From positions 1 through 57,510 of the forward strand of contig CANKQY010000006.1 in NCBI GenBank assembly GCA_947485745.1: a stretch of DNA of 57,510 nucleotides. The letters are read 5' to 3'. The DNA is from Bacteroidota bacterium. GTDB taxonomy: Bacteria; Bacteroidota; Bacteroidia; UKL13-3. Under the pieces are notes generated by a model, which was given only the letters and a program-made list of their open reading frames with translations, made no database searches and was not told where the DNA came from. Positions within the stretch are counted from its first letter, which is position 1. Each line of letters opens with the position of its first letter. This document shows, in pieces, positions 39,906-48,835 of this stretch. A program made the translations under genes and the position numbers.

Positions 39906-39928
39906 TTTTGCATTTTTTATAAAAACAC

Positions 39929-39958
39929 TTTGCCAAAGCATTTTTTTAGATAAATTTG
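39929..39958 (+). promoter_or_regulatory. Sigma-A promoter for accBC
   Basis: TTTG (39929-39932), 18-bp spacer, TAAATTTG (39951-39958). Confidence 0.55.
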
Positions 39959-39980
39959 AGTATATAATTACGCATACATT

Positions 39981-40445
39981 ATGGAATTAAAAGAAATAAA
40001 AGAACTAATCAAACTTGTGTCAGAAGCTGGGGTTTCTGAAGTAGAAGTTGAACGTGGCGATTTTAAAATTGCCATTAAGAAAGTAGATGGCAGAACGATG
40101 GTGATTAATCAAACTCCGCAATACATTGCTCAAGCGCCTGCCCCAGTAATGAGTTCAGCACCAACAGGGGTAGCAGTAGTTACAGAAACTCCAGCTGCTA
40201 GTAATTTTATTACGGTAAAATCTCCAATGATTGGAACCTACTATAAATCTTCATCTCCAGACAAAGCTCCTTTCTTGCAAGTTGGCGATGAAATTAAGCC
40301 AGGCCAGGTTTTATGTATCATTGAAGCCATGAAATTATTCAATGAAATTGAGTCGGAAATCTCTGGTAGAATTGTAAAAATATTGGTTGAAAATGCTTCT
40401 CCAGTTGAATACGATCAACCATTGTTTTTGGTTGAACCCAAATAA
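39981..40445 (+). CDS. accB: Acetyl-CoA carboxylase biotin carboxyl carrier protein
   Basis: SPMIGT.Y, EAMK biotinylation motif. Confidence 0.98.
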   Translation: MELKEIKELIKLVSEAGVSEVEVERGDFKIAIKKVDGRTMVINQTPQYIAQAPAPVMSSAPTGVAVVTETPAASNFITVKSPMIGTYYKSSSPDKAPFLQVGDEIKPGQVLCIIEAMKLFNEIESEISGRIVKILVENASPVEYDQPLFLVEPK

Positions 40446-40509
40446 TTTGAGTCACAATAAATAATCTATTGTAACTTATTTTCTAGGTCTTTAAAAACTC
40501 AATTTTCAC

Positions 40510-41856
40510 ATGTTCAAAAAAATACTCATAGCTAATAGAGGAGAGATTGCGTTAAGGATAATTCGTACTGCGCGCGAAATGGGAATTAAAACTGTTGCAG
40601 TTTATTCAACTGCTGATAGAGATAGTTTACATGTTAGGTTTGCAGATGAAGCCGTTTGTATTGGGCCTCCGCCTTCTTCTCAATCATACTTAAGTATTCA
40701 AAATATTATTGCTGCTGCAGAAATTACCAATGCGGATGCCATACACCCTGGTTATGGCTTTCTTTCAGAGAATGCAAAATTCTCCCAAGTTTGCCGCGAT
40801 CATGGTATTAAATTCATCGGCGCTAGTCCAGAAATGATCAATAAGATGGGTGATAAGGCCAATGCAAAAGATACCATGAAAAAGGCTGGGGTTCCTGTAG
40901 TACCTGGTTCTGATGGACTTATCGCTAGTGCAGCTGAAGGCATAGAATTAGCCAAAACCATTGGATACCCTGTTATCATTAAAGCAACTGCTGGTGGTGG
41001 TGGACGAGGTATGCGTATCATTTGGAAAGACGAAGAATTTGAAAAGAACTGGGACAGTGCCAAACAAGAATCTGCCGCTGCCTTTGGTAATGATGGTATC
41101 TACATGGAAAAATATGTAGAAGAACCTCGCCACATAGAAATTCAATTGGCAGGAGATCAATACGGAAAAGTATGTCACCTATCAGAACGCGATTGCTCTA
41201 TACAACGTCGTCACCAGAAATTAGTAGAAGAAAGTCCTTCTCCATTCATGACGGACGAGTTGCGCGAAAAAATGGGTAATGCTGCCATTGCTGGTGCCAC
41301 TTCCATTGGATATGAAGGTCTGGGAACCATCGAATTCTTGGTCGACAAACACCGTAACTTCTACTTTATGGAAATGAATACCCGTATTCAGGTAGAACAT
41401 CCAGTTACAGAAGAAGTAATCAATTTCGATTTGGTAAAAGAGCAAATATTAATTGCAGCTGGCGTGCCAATTAGTGGAAGAAATTATTACCCTACCCGCC
41501 ACTCAATTGAGGTACGTATCAATGCAGAAGATCCATACAATAATTTCCGTCCTACTCCAGGTAGAATCGACTACTTGCACAAGCCAGGTGGGCACGGAGT
41601 GCGCGTTGATACGCATATATACGCTGGTTATACTATTCCTAGTAATTATGATAGCATGATTGCCAAAATGATTGTAACAGCTCAAACCAGAGAAGAAGCA
41701 ATTATTAAAATGGAACGTGCCTTAGGTGAATTTATCATTGAAGGACCAGGTTTAAAAACCACCATTCCACTTCAAATGAAATTGATGCAAAACGAGGATT
41801 TCAAAAAAGGCAATTTCACCACTGCTTTTATGAATACTTTTGATATTAACGCATAG
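40510..41856 (+). CDS. accC: Biotin carboxylase
   Basis: [36 protein letters not shown]. Confidence 0.98.
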   Translation: MFKKILIANRGEIALRIIRTAREMGIKTVAVYSTADRDSLHVRFADEAVCIGPPPSSQSYLSIQNIIAAAEITNADAIHPGYGFLSENAKFSQVCRDHGIKFIGASPEMINKMGDKANAKDTMKKAGVPVVPGSDGLIASAAEGIELAKTIGYPVIIKATAGGGGRGMRIIWKDEEFEKNWDSAKQESAAAFGNDGIYMEKYVEEPRHIEIQLAGDQYGKVCHLSERDCSIQRRHQKLVEESPSPFMTDELREKMGNAAIAGATSIGYEGLGTIEFLVDKHRNFYFMEMNTRIQVEHPVTEEVINFDLVKEQILIAAGVPISGRNYYPTRHSIEVRINAEDPYNNFRPTPGRIDYLHKPGGHGVRVDTHIYAGYTIPSNYDSMIAKMIVTAQTREEAIIKMERALGEFIIEGPGLKTTIPLQMKLMQNEDFKKGNFTTAFMNTFDINA

Positions 41857-41916
41857 GTATGAATTATGAGGTATGAGTTATAAATTTAATTAAGACCTAA
41901 TTCAGAATTCTGAATT
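41857..41916. repeat. Heptamer repeats and an 18-bp palindrome after accC
   Basis: GTATGA ATTATGA GGTATGA GTTATAA, then AATTCAGAATTCTGAATT (41899-41916). Confidence 0.6.
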
Positions 41917-42034
41917 TCTTTATTTTCGTTACCGCTTATCTCTTCCCGCTCATAGCGCTTTTAAGTGAATGAAGTAGCAATCTTAATTTTGGATTTTTTT
42001 TGTTGAAATAAAAATTATAACAATCCAAACATGG

Positions 42035-43453
42035 CTACTTATGAAGAACCATTAATTTCTTGGTAATTTTAGAACGGCCAAAATCAAACTCCACATAATA
42101 AGTGCCATTTTCAAAACCACTTACATCCAATTTATAATAGCTTGCATTTACCTCAGCTGTAAATACTTCTTTTCCATTATCGGTAAGCACTTTAATTTTA
42201 TTAAATGGCCATGTTTTAATTTCAGTATAGTCGGAAGCCGGGTTAGGAACCAAGTTTGTATTTCTATTTAACCTACCCTCAAACTCTTTTAAATTTGCAG
42301 GGTTCACATCATTGAATAAATATTGATAAGCCTGAGCAAATTCACGTTTCCAATACCATTCACTATGCGCACCATCGGCATGTATAATTACTGAGGAATT
42401 GTATGCTAAAAATCCTTTGCGCCTAAGCATATCATCATATTTATTGATGTTACTTACCATAGTAGCACTTTCATTTGAACCAGCAACATAATAGGCCAAA
42501 ATTCCAGGATCGATTGCAGCCTTTTGAGCAAAATCGTATAATGAATCACTGATATACAAAGCAGGTGAAAATAAACCTACTTTACCAAATACCTGTGGAT
42601 TTGATAAAGCAGCGAATAGCGAAATATTAGCCCCTAAAGAACTTCCTGCTATAGCAGTGTGCTTTGGATCGGAGTAGGTTCTATAAACAGAATCAATAAA
42701 TGGCTTCAAGGTTTGAGCCAAAAAATTTACATACGCTTTACCCTCTCCACTTCCATATTGAGGGTGCCCGTAAGGACTATATTCATTGATACGCTTTACC
42801 CCACCATTATCAATACCTACTATTATACACCCCAAATCACCTGATTTTTCTAATTTCACCAACGATTCATCTACGCCCCATTCGCCAGAAAAAGAGGTTT
42901 TGGCATCAAACAAATTCTGCCCGTCTTGCATGTACATCACAGGATATCTTTTGGTGGTTGTATTTTTGTAATCAGATGGCAGATAAATCCATACTCTCCT
43001 GCTCCTATTTAACTGAGGCATGTAAAATGAATTGGAGATTATTGAAACATTGTTAAGCGCTGTAGAACCTGTATCTGCCGGACTATTCAGCAAATCTATC
43101 CATCCCGCAATATTGTTTTCAATGCTTAAATTTGCACTATAGGTAAAAGTTCTATTGGCAATATTTGCGCCAGCACTAGTTGATTCAACTTTTGGCCAAC
43201 TACCCCGAGTAAATTTATATTGGGCTTCACCATTTCTGCTTGGCAAGGTAATAGTATAGCTTGAGCCTGTTTTAACAAGTTTATACGTCGCATCACCTGG
43301 GTTCCAATTATTGAAATCCCCTGCAATATAAATATCATCTGAAATTGGCGTATTGGCTGGTAAATTATTAACAGTAATGGTAACTTGTGCAAATGAAACC
43401 TGCATGAATAATGACATAAAAACAAGTTGAAACCCTAATAATTTATTTTTCAT
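42035..43453 (-). CDS. Secreted esterase: starch-binding-like (CBM20/48-like) domain, alpha/beta hydrolase and T9SS type A CTD
   Basis: IYIAGDFNNW, YKFTRGSW..VE; YPVMYMQDGQNLF, GSSLG, HSE.YW; PNPA...G.Y......KKL. Confidence 0.88.
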   Translation of the reverse strand: MKNKLLGFQLVFMSLFMQVSFAQVTITVNNLPANTPISDDIYIAGDFNNWNPGDATYKLVKTGSSYTITLPSRNGEAQYKFTRGSWPKVESTSAGANIANRTFTYSANLSIENNIAGWIDLLNSPADTGSTALNNVSIISNSFYMPQLNRSRRVWIYLPSDYKNTTTKRYPVMYMQDGQNLFDAKTSFSGEWGVDESLVKLEKSGDLGCIIVGIDNGGVKRINEYSPYGHPQYGSGEGKAYVNFLAQTLKPFIDSVYRTYSDPKHTAIAGSSLGANISLFAALSNPQVFGKVGLFSPALYISDSLYDFAQKAAIDPGILAYYVAGSNESATMVSNINKYDDMLRRKGFLAYNSSVIIHADGAHSEWYWKREFAQAYQYLFNDVNPANLKEFEGRLNRNTNLVPNPASDYTEIKTWPFNKIKVLTDNGKEVFTAEVNASYYKLDVSGFENGTYYVEFDFGRSKITKKLMVLHK

Positions 43454-43511
43454 TTAGCTAACATTTGAATTTATTACGAACTTAAGCATTACATTCCTAT
43501 TTTTGCCTTTC

Positions 43512-44066
43512 ATGCAAGCAATATTATTGTTTATTCAACTCTTTCTTATCAGCGCATCCAATCCGCTTGAGAAGATTCCCTTAACAGATTTAATGGGCAA
43601 ACTAACCTATATTCAATTAAGCGCGGCAAGCAAAGGAACAGTCATTTATTTCCTGTCTCCAGAATGTCCTTTATGCCAGAGCTATTCCTTAACCATCAAA
43701 GAAATTGAAATAGCTTATTCAAAAAAAGGATTTCAATTTTATGCCATTATTCCTGGAAAAGAATTTACAAAAAACGAGGTAATTATTTTTAAAAATAAAT
43801 ATAAACTATCAGCGCTTCCATTTCTGTTTGATCCAAACCTAGCGTTAGCAAAATATACCAAAGCAAGCATTACTCCTGAAGTGTTTGTTTATGCGCCATC
43901 AGGGCAAAAAGTATACAATGGCAGAATCGACAACTGGGCCTATGAACTGAGCAAAAAAAGAACAGTAATAACTGAAAATGACCTCAGAAATGTTCTTAAA
44001 AAATTGGATCAAAACGTTTCCATAAAACCTTACCAAACCAAAGCAGTAGGATGTTTTATCAATTAA
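43512..44066 (+). CDS. Exported redoxin (thioredoxin fold, AhpC/TSA-like); likely start ATG 43512
   Basis: CPLC, cis-Pro motif ITPEV, YNGRID, C-terminal AVGC; the track's TTG at 43503 lies inside a TATTTTTG promoter box. Confidence 0.85.
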   Translation: MQAILLFIQLFLISASNPLEKIPLTDLMGKLTYIQLSAASKGTVIYFLSPECPLCQSYSLTIKEIEIAYSKKGFQFYAIIPGKEFTKNEVIIFKNKYKLSALPFLFDPNLALAKYTKASITPEVFVYAPSGQKVYNGRIDNWAYELSKKRTVITENDLRNVLKKLDQNVSIKPYQTKAVGCFIN

Positions 44067-45415
44067 GTAAAATAACCTTATTCGCATGCTTATTAGCAAT
44101 GCTTGCATGTAATAACAACTCCAATATTCCTAAGGAAGACGAAGCTGTTTTATTTGCAGAACACATAGCTCCTATAATCTATACCAATTGCAGCAAATGC
44201 CATAGCCAAGATGGTGCTGCTCCATTTCCACTTTTGAGTTTCCAAGACATTGCCAGCAAGGCTAAATTGGTGGCCTATGTTACAGAAAAAAGGTTAATGC
44301 CACCATGGCCTGCCGACCCAACATACACGCACTTTGCCAATGAAACGTATCTAAGCGCTGAACAAATACAATTAATCCAAAGATGGGCTGCAGGCAATTG
44401 TTTACCCGGCGACACTGCCTCCTTGGTTCAGCCCGAAAATTTATTAAAATCATTGAATTTAGGGAAGCCCGACCTAATAGTAAAAATGCCAAAACCTATC
44501 AAGGTTCCAGGCAATAATACCGATTTGTTTATGGTGGTAAAAGTACCTTTTGAATTGCCACAAGATACCTTCATCAAAGCCATTGAATTTGTGCCTGGAA
44601 AAAAGCGTTTGGTACACCACATGAATGCGCATATCATTCAGTTTGAACCTAACAAAAAATCCAATTTATGGAGCGGTCAATTTGCCGTGAACCAAGATCA
44701 AACAAAGAGTGAAACCATACACAAAGAGCTCAATTTATTGAACGACGATGGCAGCTATGCACCCATGACACCTTCTGTTTGCAATTACTTACCAGGCTCT
44801 CAATTTAGTTTGTATCCTGAGGAAATTGGTGGTTATAAAATTGGCAAAAAGAATGCATTTTACTTAAACGACATGCATTTTGGTCCAAGTGCAATTGACG
44901 AAGTTGATAGCTCTTATTTTAAAATTTACTATGCAGACAAGGCTCCAAAAAGGCCAGTGGCAGAATTCCAAATTGGCACCTTAGGATTGGCTCCAGTTGA
45001 GCCTAAACTAATTGTTCCAGCTAGAGAAGTAAAGAAGTTTACCATTGATTTTCGAGTGCCAGCCGACATCTCAATTCTAACCATTGTGCCACATATGCAC
45101 CTCATTGGCAAAACCTATTTAGCCTATGCCATTAAACCAAGCGGAGATACCATTCGCTTAATACGCATCAACAATTGGGACTTTAGGTGGCAATATTTCT
45201 ATCAACCCAAAACACTCCTAAAAATCCCAAGAGGCTCGGTTATTCATGTAGAAGGAACATTTGATAATACCGCCAATAACCCCAACAACCCATTTAGTCC
45301 GCCAAGGGAAATTGCAGAAAAAAATGGCAGCATGAAAACTACGGATGAAATGTTTCAGCTTATTGTCACGTACTTGCCTTGGCAGAATGGGGATGAGCAG
45401 ATTTCGCAGGAATAG
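44051..45415 (+). CDS. Lipoprotein: cytochrome c domain fused to a copper type II (PHM/DBH-like) monooxygenase-like domain
   Basis: Lipobox MLAC (C20); CSKCH (47-51); MPPW; VHH, MHF, PHMH, WDFRWQ..Y, DEM. Confidence 0.8.
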   Translation: MFYQLSKITLFACLLAMLACNNNSNIPKEDEAVLFAEHIAPIIYTNCSKCHSQDGAAPFPLLSFQDIASKAKLVAYVTEKRLMPPWPADPTYTHFANETYLSAEQIQLIQRWAAGNCLPGDTASLVQPENLLKSLNLGKPDLIVKMPKPIKVPGNNTDLFMVVKVPFELPQDTFIKAIEFVPGKKRLVHHMNAHIIQFEPNKKSNLWSGQFAVNQDQTKSETIHKELNLLNDDGSYAPMTPSVCNYLPGSQFSLYPEEIGGYKIGKKNAFYLNDMHFGPSAIDEVDSSYFKIYYADKAPKRPVAEFQIGTLGLAPVEPKLIVPAREVKKFTIDFRVPADISILTIVPHMHLIGKTYLAYAIKPSGDTIRLIRINNWDFRWQYFYQPKTLLKIPRGSVIHVEGTFDNTANNPNNPFSPPREIAEKNGSMKTTDEMFQLIVTYLPWQNGDEQISQE

Positions 45416-45416
45416 C

Positions 45417-45451
45417 TTATGGCTTCTGGCAGCTGGCTTCTAGCTGCTGGC
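45417..45451. repeat. Heptamer tandem array nnnTRGC (five units); more units at about 45882-45902 and inverted at 45930-45957
   Basis: TTATGGC TTCTGGC AGCTGGC TTCTAGC TGCTGGC; inverse GCCAGAA GCTAGAG GCTACAA GCCAGTT. Confidence 0.75.
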
Positions 45452-45479
45452 AATAGCAGGTCATTGCTTGTACATCGTA

Positions 45480-45794
45480 CGTCACCCTGAGCCTGCCGAA
45501 GGGCGGTCACCCTGAGCCTATTACCGGTAACTGAGCTTGTCGAAGTACGGTCACCCTGAGCCTATTACCGGTCACTGAGCCTGTCGAAGTGCGGTCACTG
45601 AGCCTATTACCGGTCACTGAGCCTGTCGAAGTGTTGTGCGGGAGTGCAGAAATTTATCTGTTAAGGAATAGCTGGTGCTTTCATTGAAGCAGGCTTCGAC
45701 AAGCTCAGCCACCGGTTATTCGACAAGCTCAGCCATCGGTGCTTCGACAAGCTCAGCCGCCGGTTATTCGACAAGCTCGGACACCGGTTATTCC
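45480..45794. repeat. REP-like cluster of the same family as 1-165: forward array 45480-45633 and inverted array about 45692-45794
   Basis: Repeated GTCAC(CC)TGAGCCT(GTCGAAG/ATTACC); four copies of TTCGACAAGCTC on the other arm. Confidence 0.9.
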
Positions 45795-45963
45795 ATAAGC
45801 TAAAACACCCATCAAATAATATTCAACAGGCGTTTGGTTCAAACCGAAAAATTAACGAGAGAATAGAAAAAAGCTGCTTGCCTCTGGCTTCTGGCTGCAG
45901 GCAATAAGAAATAAAATATTTATAATTTTGCCAGAAGCTAGAGGCTACAAGCCAGTTGCATTT

Positions 45964-46383
45964 TTAACAATATTCTTCGAAAGCTGCTTTCAAGTTTTGT
46001 GAAATCATTTCAGCGCTGCGTCCTTCAATGTTGTGGCGTTCGATGAAATGTACCAAATTGCCATCTTTAAATAAGGCTATGGCAGGAGATGATGGAGGAT
46101 AAGGCAAAGTGAACTCGCGGGCTCTGGCAACAGCGTCTGCTTCTTGGCCTGCAAATACAGTTAATAATTCGCTTGGCTTTTTTACAGTAGTGTTAATAGC
46201 ATCAATAACACCCGGGCGACAAGTACCAGCGGCACAACCGCAAACACTGTTGAATACCAATAATTGAGTACCTTGTTTGCTGTTCATGGCGTTTTCAACT
46301 TCAGTAGCATTCATCAAAGAAGTAAAACCTACGGTTTCTAATTGTTGTCTCATTGGAGCAACCAACATTTCTGGATATGGCAT
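45964..46383 (-). CDS. BrxA/BrxB-family bacilliredoxin
   Basis: NSVCGCAAG..RP, TVFAGQ, PPSSP.IALFKDG, ERH.IEG. Confidence 0.93.
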   Translation of the reverse strand: MPYPEMLVAPMRQQLETVGFTSLMNATEVENAMNSKQGTQLLVFNSVCGCAAGTCRPGVIDAINTTVKKPSELLTVFAGQEADAVARAREFTLPYPPSSPAIALFKDGNLVHFIERHNIEGRSAEMISQNLKAAFEEYC

Positions 46384-46542
46384 AGTATTATTTTAATTAA
46401 ATTTAGAAATACAAAAGTGGACTATTTTTATTGTAATCTCAAGAACTAAACCAAAACAGACAAATCTGCATAATTGGCAGTATAACAATGAAAAATACAA
46501 AAAGTTTACCTAAAATAAATTTTTAAATAGGATTCTTAAGCC

Positions 46543-46550
46543 TACATTTG
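46543..46550 (+). promoter_or_regulatory. Sigma-A -7 element for ahcY
   Basis: TACATTTG ending 27 bp before the ATG. Confidence 0.6.
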
Positions 46551-46577
46551 CAAACTTAATTTTATTTAAACTACTAT

Positions 46578-47891
46578 ATGTCAGACGCAAAAAGTGCTCT
46601 ATCCTACAAAGTAAAGGATATTACCCTAGCAGAATGGGGAAGAAAAGAAATCCGTTTAGCCGAGGCAGAGATGCCAGGTTTGATGACCATCCGCAAAGAA
46701 TATGGCGATGCGCAACCTTTAAAAGGTGCTCGTATTGCTGGTTGTTTACACATGACCATCCAAACTGCAGTATTAATTGAAACCTTAAAGCATTTAGGTG
46801 CAGAGGTTACTTGGAGTTCTTGCAATATATTCTCAACCCAAGATCATGCTGCTGCTGCTATTGCTGCTGCAGGTACTCCAGTTTTTGCTTGGAAAGGCCA
46901 AAACGAAGAAGAATTTGATTGGTGTATTGAGCAAACTTTGAAAGCATTTGAAGGTGGCAAGCCTTTGAACATGATTTTAGATGATGGTGGAGATTTAACC
47001 AACATGGTTTTTGATCGTTACCCAGAATTAACAGCTGAAATTAAAGGTTTATCTGAAGAAACAACTACTGGCGTTCACCGCTTGTATGAGCGCATGAAAA
47101 AGGGAACTTTGGTTGTGCCAGCTATCAATGTAAACGATTCGGTTACTAAATCTAAATTTGATAACAAATACGGATGTAAAGAATCTTTGGTAGATGCAAT
47201 CAGAAGAGCTACAGACATTATGATGGCTGGTAAAGTGGCTGTTGTTGCTGGTTACGGTGATGTTGGAAAAGGTTCAGCAGAATCTTTGCGTGGTGCTGGT
47301 GCGCGTGTTTTGGTGACAGAAATTGATCCAATTTGTGCATTACAAGCTGCAATGGATGGTTTTGAAGTAGTAACAATGGAAGAAGCTTGCAAGCGTGCAA
47401 ACATTTTCGTAACAGCTACAGGAAACTTGAAAATTATTACTGAGCGTCATTTCAGAGCAATGCGCGATAAATCTATCGTATGTAATATTGGTCACTTCGA
47501 CAACGAAATTGACATGGCTTGGTTAAACGGTAATTATGGTTCAACCAAAAACACCTTGAAACCACAAGTTGATATTTATGATATTGATGGAAATGATATC
47601 ATCGTATTGGCAGAAGGACGTTTAGTGAACTTAGGTTGTGCTATGGGGCACCCAAGTTTTGTAATGAGTAATTCATTCTCGAACCAAACTTTGGCTCAAA
47701 TAGAATTGTGGAACCACAGTGCTAATTATGAGAACAAAGTATACGTTCTTCCTAAACATTTAGATGAGAAAGTTGCCTATTTACACTTAGCACATATTGG
47801 TGCTACTTTAACTGTACTAGAAAACGAACAAGCAGATTATATCGGCGTAAAGGTTGAAGGACCATTTAAAGCTGAGATGTACAGGTACTAA
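46578..47891 (+). CDS. ahcY: Adenosylhomocysteinase
   Basis: [42 protein letters not shown]. Confidence 0.99.
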   Translation: MSDAKSALSYKVKDITLAEWGRKEIRLAEAEMPGLMTIRKEYGDAQPLKGARIAGCLHMTIQTAVLIETLKHLGAEVTWSSCNIFSTQDHAAAAIAAAGTPVFAWKGQNEEEFDWCIEQTLKAFEGGKPLNMILDDGGDLTNMVFDRYPELTAEIKGLSEETTTGVHRLYERMKKGTLVVPAINVNDSVTKSKFDNKYGCKESLVDAIRRATDIMMAGKVAVVAGYGDVGKGSAESLRGAGARVLVTEIDPICALQAAMDGFEVVTMEEACKRANIFVTATGNLKIITERHFRAMRDKSIVCNIGHFDNEIDMAWLNGNYGSTKNTLKPQVDIYDIDGNDIIVLAEGRLVNLGCAMGHPSFVMSNSFSNQTLAQIELWNHSANYENKVYVLPKHLDEKVAYLHLAHIGATLTVLENEQADYIGVKVEGPFKAEMYRY

Positions 47892-47896
47892 TTCTG

Positions 47897-47952
47897 AACA
47901 TGAATAAATAAAAAAAGCCAGGCTAGCCTGGCTTTTTTTATTTATTCATGTT
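47897..47952. terminator. Bidirectional terminator; perfect 56-bp palindrome
   Basis: AACATGAATAAATAAAAAAAGCCAGGCT|AGCCTGGCTTTTTTTATTTATTCATGTT between convergent genes. Confidence 0.85.
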
Positions 47953-47955
47953 TGC

Positions 47956-48101
47956 CATTGGCTTTTGGCTATTAGCCTTTGGCAGTATTGATTAAATGGC
48001 TGTTTGTTCCATAGCAACTTGAAACCACCTAGCTATAGGCATGTAGCAATTGGCTTAAAGCTAAAGGCTAGCAGCCAAAGACTAACGGCCAACAGCTGAA
48101 G
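47956..48101. repeat. Heptamer arrays in both orientations
   Basis: CATTGGC TTTTGGC TATTAGC CTTTGGC ... GCTTAAA GCTAAAG GCTAGCA GCCAAAG ACTAACG GCCAACA GCTGAAG. Confidence 0.78.
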
Positions 48102-48111
48102 GCCTTCTTCC

Positions 48112-48579
48112 TTACTTCGCGTCTGCAATTACCTTATCTAGTATTTGAAGAAAGGATGCGGCATCATGGTAACCGGCATCTATCATCAATGATTTCTTTT
48201 GCGGATCAATGAAATAGGTGGTTGGAAAACCAGTGCTTTCACCTCTGCTTAATTGTGCAAAGAAATCTCTGGCAGTGAAGGTTTGTCCGTCTATATCGTA
48301 GGTTAAATCTCTGAGCTCAGGATTAAATTTTATGACCACAAAATGCTTGTTCAATTTTTTAATTACCTCTGCATTTGAATAAGTATCCCTATCCATCTTT
48401 TTGCACCAACCACACCAATCTGTATAAGCATCTACCAATACAATTTTCTTTTCTTTAATGGCAGCTGGGTAGCCTTCATTCCACTTATACCATTTTAATT
48501 CATCTGCTTTTGGCTTGGTAAATGAACTCAAAAAAATGAATCCCAATACCATGATAAAAATATTTCTCATTTGCTTCAA
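48112..48579 (-). CDS. Exported thioredoxin-family protein
   Basis: Signal peptide, YTDWCGWCKKMD, cis-Pro GFPT. Confidence 0.9.
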   Translation of the reverse strand: MKQMRNIFIMVLGFIFLSSFTKPKADELKWYKWNEGYPAAIKEKKIVLVDAYTDWCGWCKKMDRDTYSNAEVIKKLNKHFVVIKFNPELRDLTYDIDGQTFTARDFFAQLSRGESTGFPTTYFIDPQKKSLMIDAGYHDAASFLQILDKVIADAK

Positions 48580-48835
48580 TTTATTGATAATCTACAATAA
48601 TTATTCCATCCTTTTTTAAATGCGTGTTTTGGTTCAGCCCGAAAACTTATAGATTTGATTGCTAATATATTAAAAAACTATTTTGCAAAAAAGTTTTTAG
48701 CCATTATTGATTGAAATCAATGCACTCGAAAGGGCGCGTATTGCATGATAGAATCCACATTTGTACTTTTTGCACTTTTTTAAAAATTCTTAGGATATAT
48801 TCAAAATACTTATTTTCGTTGCTCAATTTTGCCCT

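Noticed and set aside
45480-45794. Repeat cluster as a CRISPR array or tRNA/ncRNA gene
   Set aside because: No unique spacers of constant length and no cloverleaf; the TTCGA matches belong to the REP core, not a T-loop
46384-46577. SAH or SAM riboswitch upstream of ahcY
   Set aside because: The region is AT-rich without recognisable structure, and the promoter box lies only about 27 bp from the start codon
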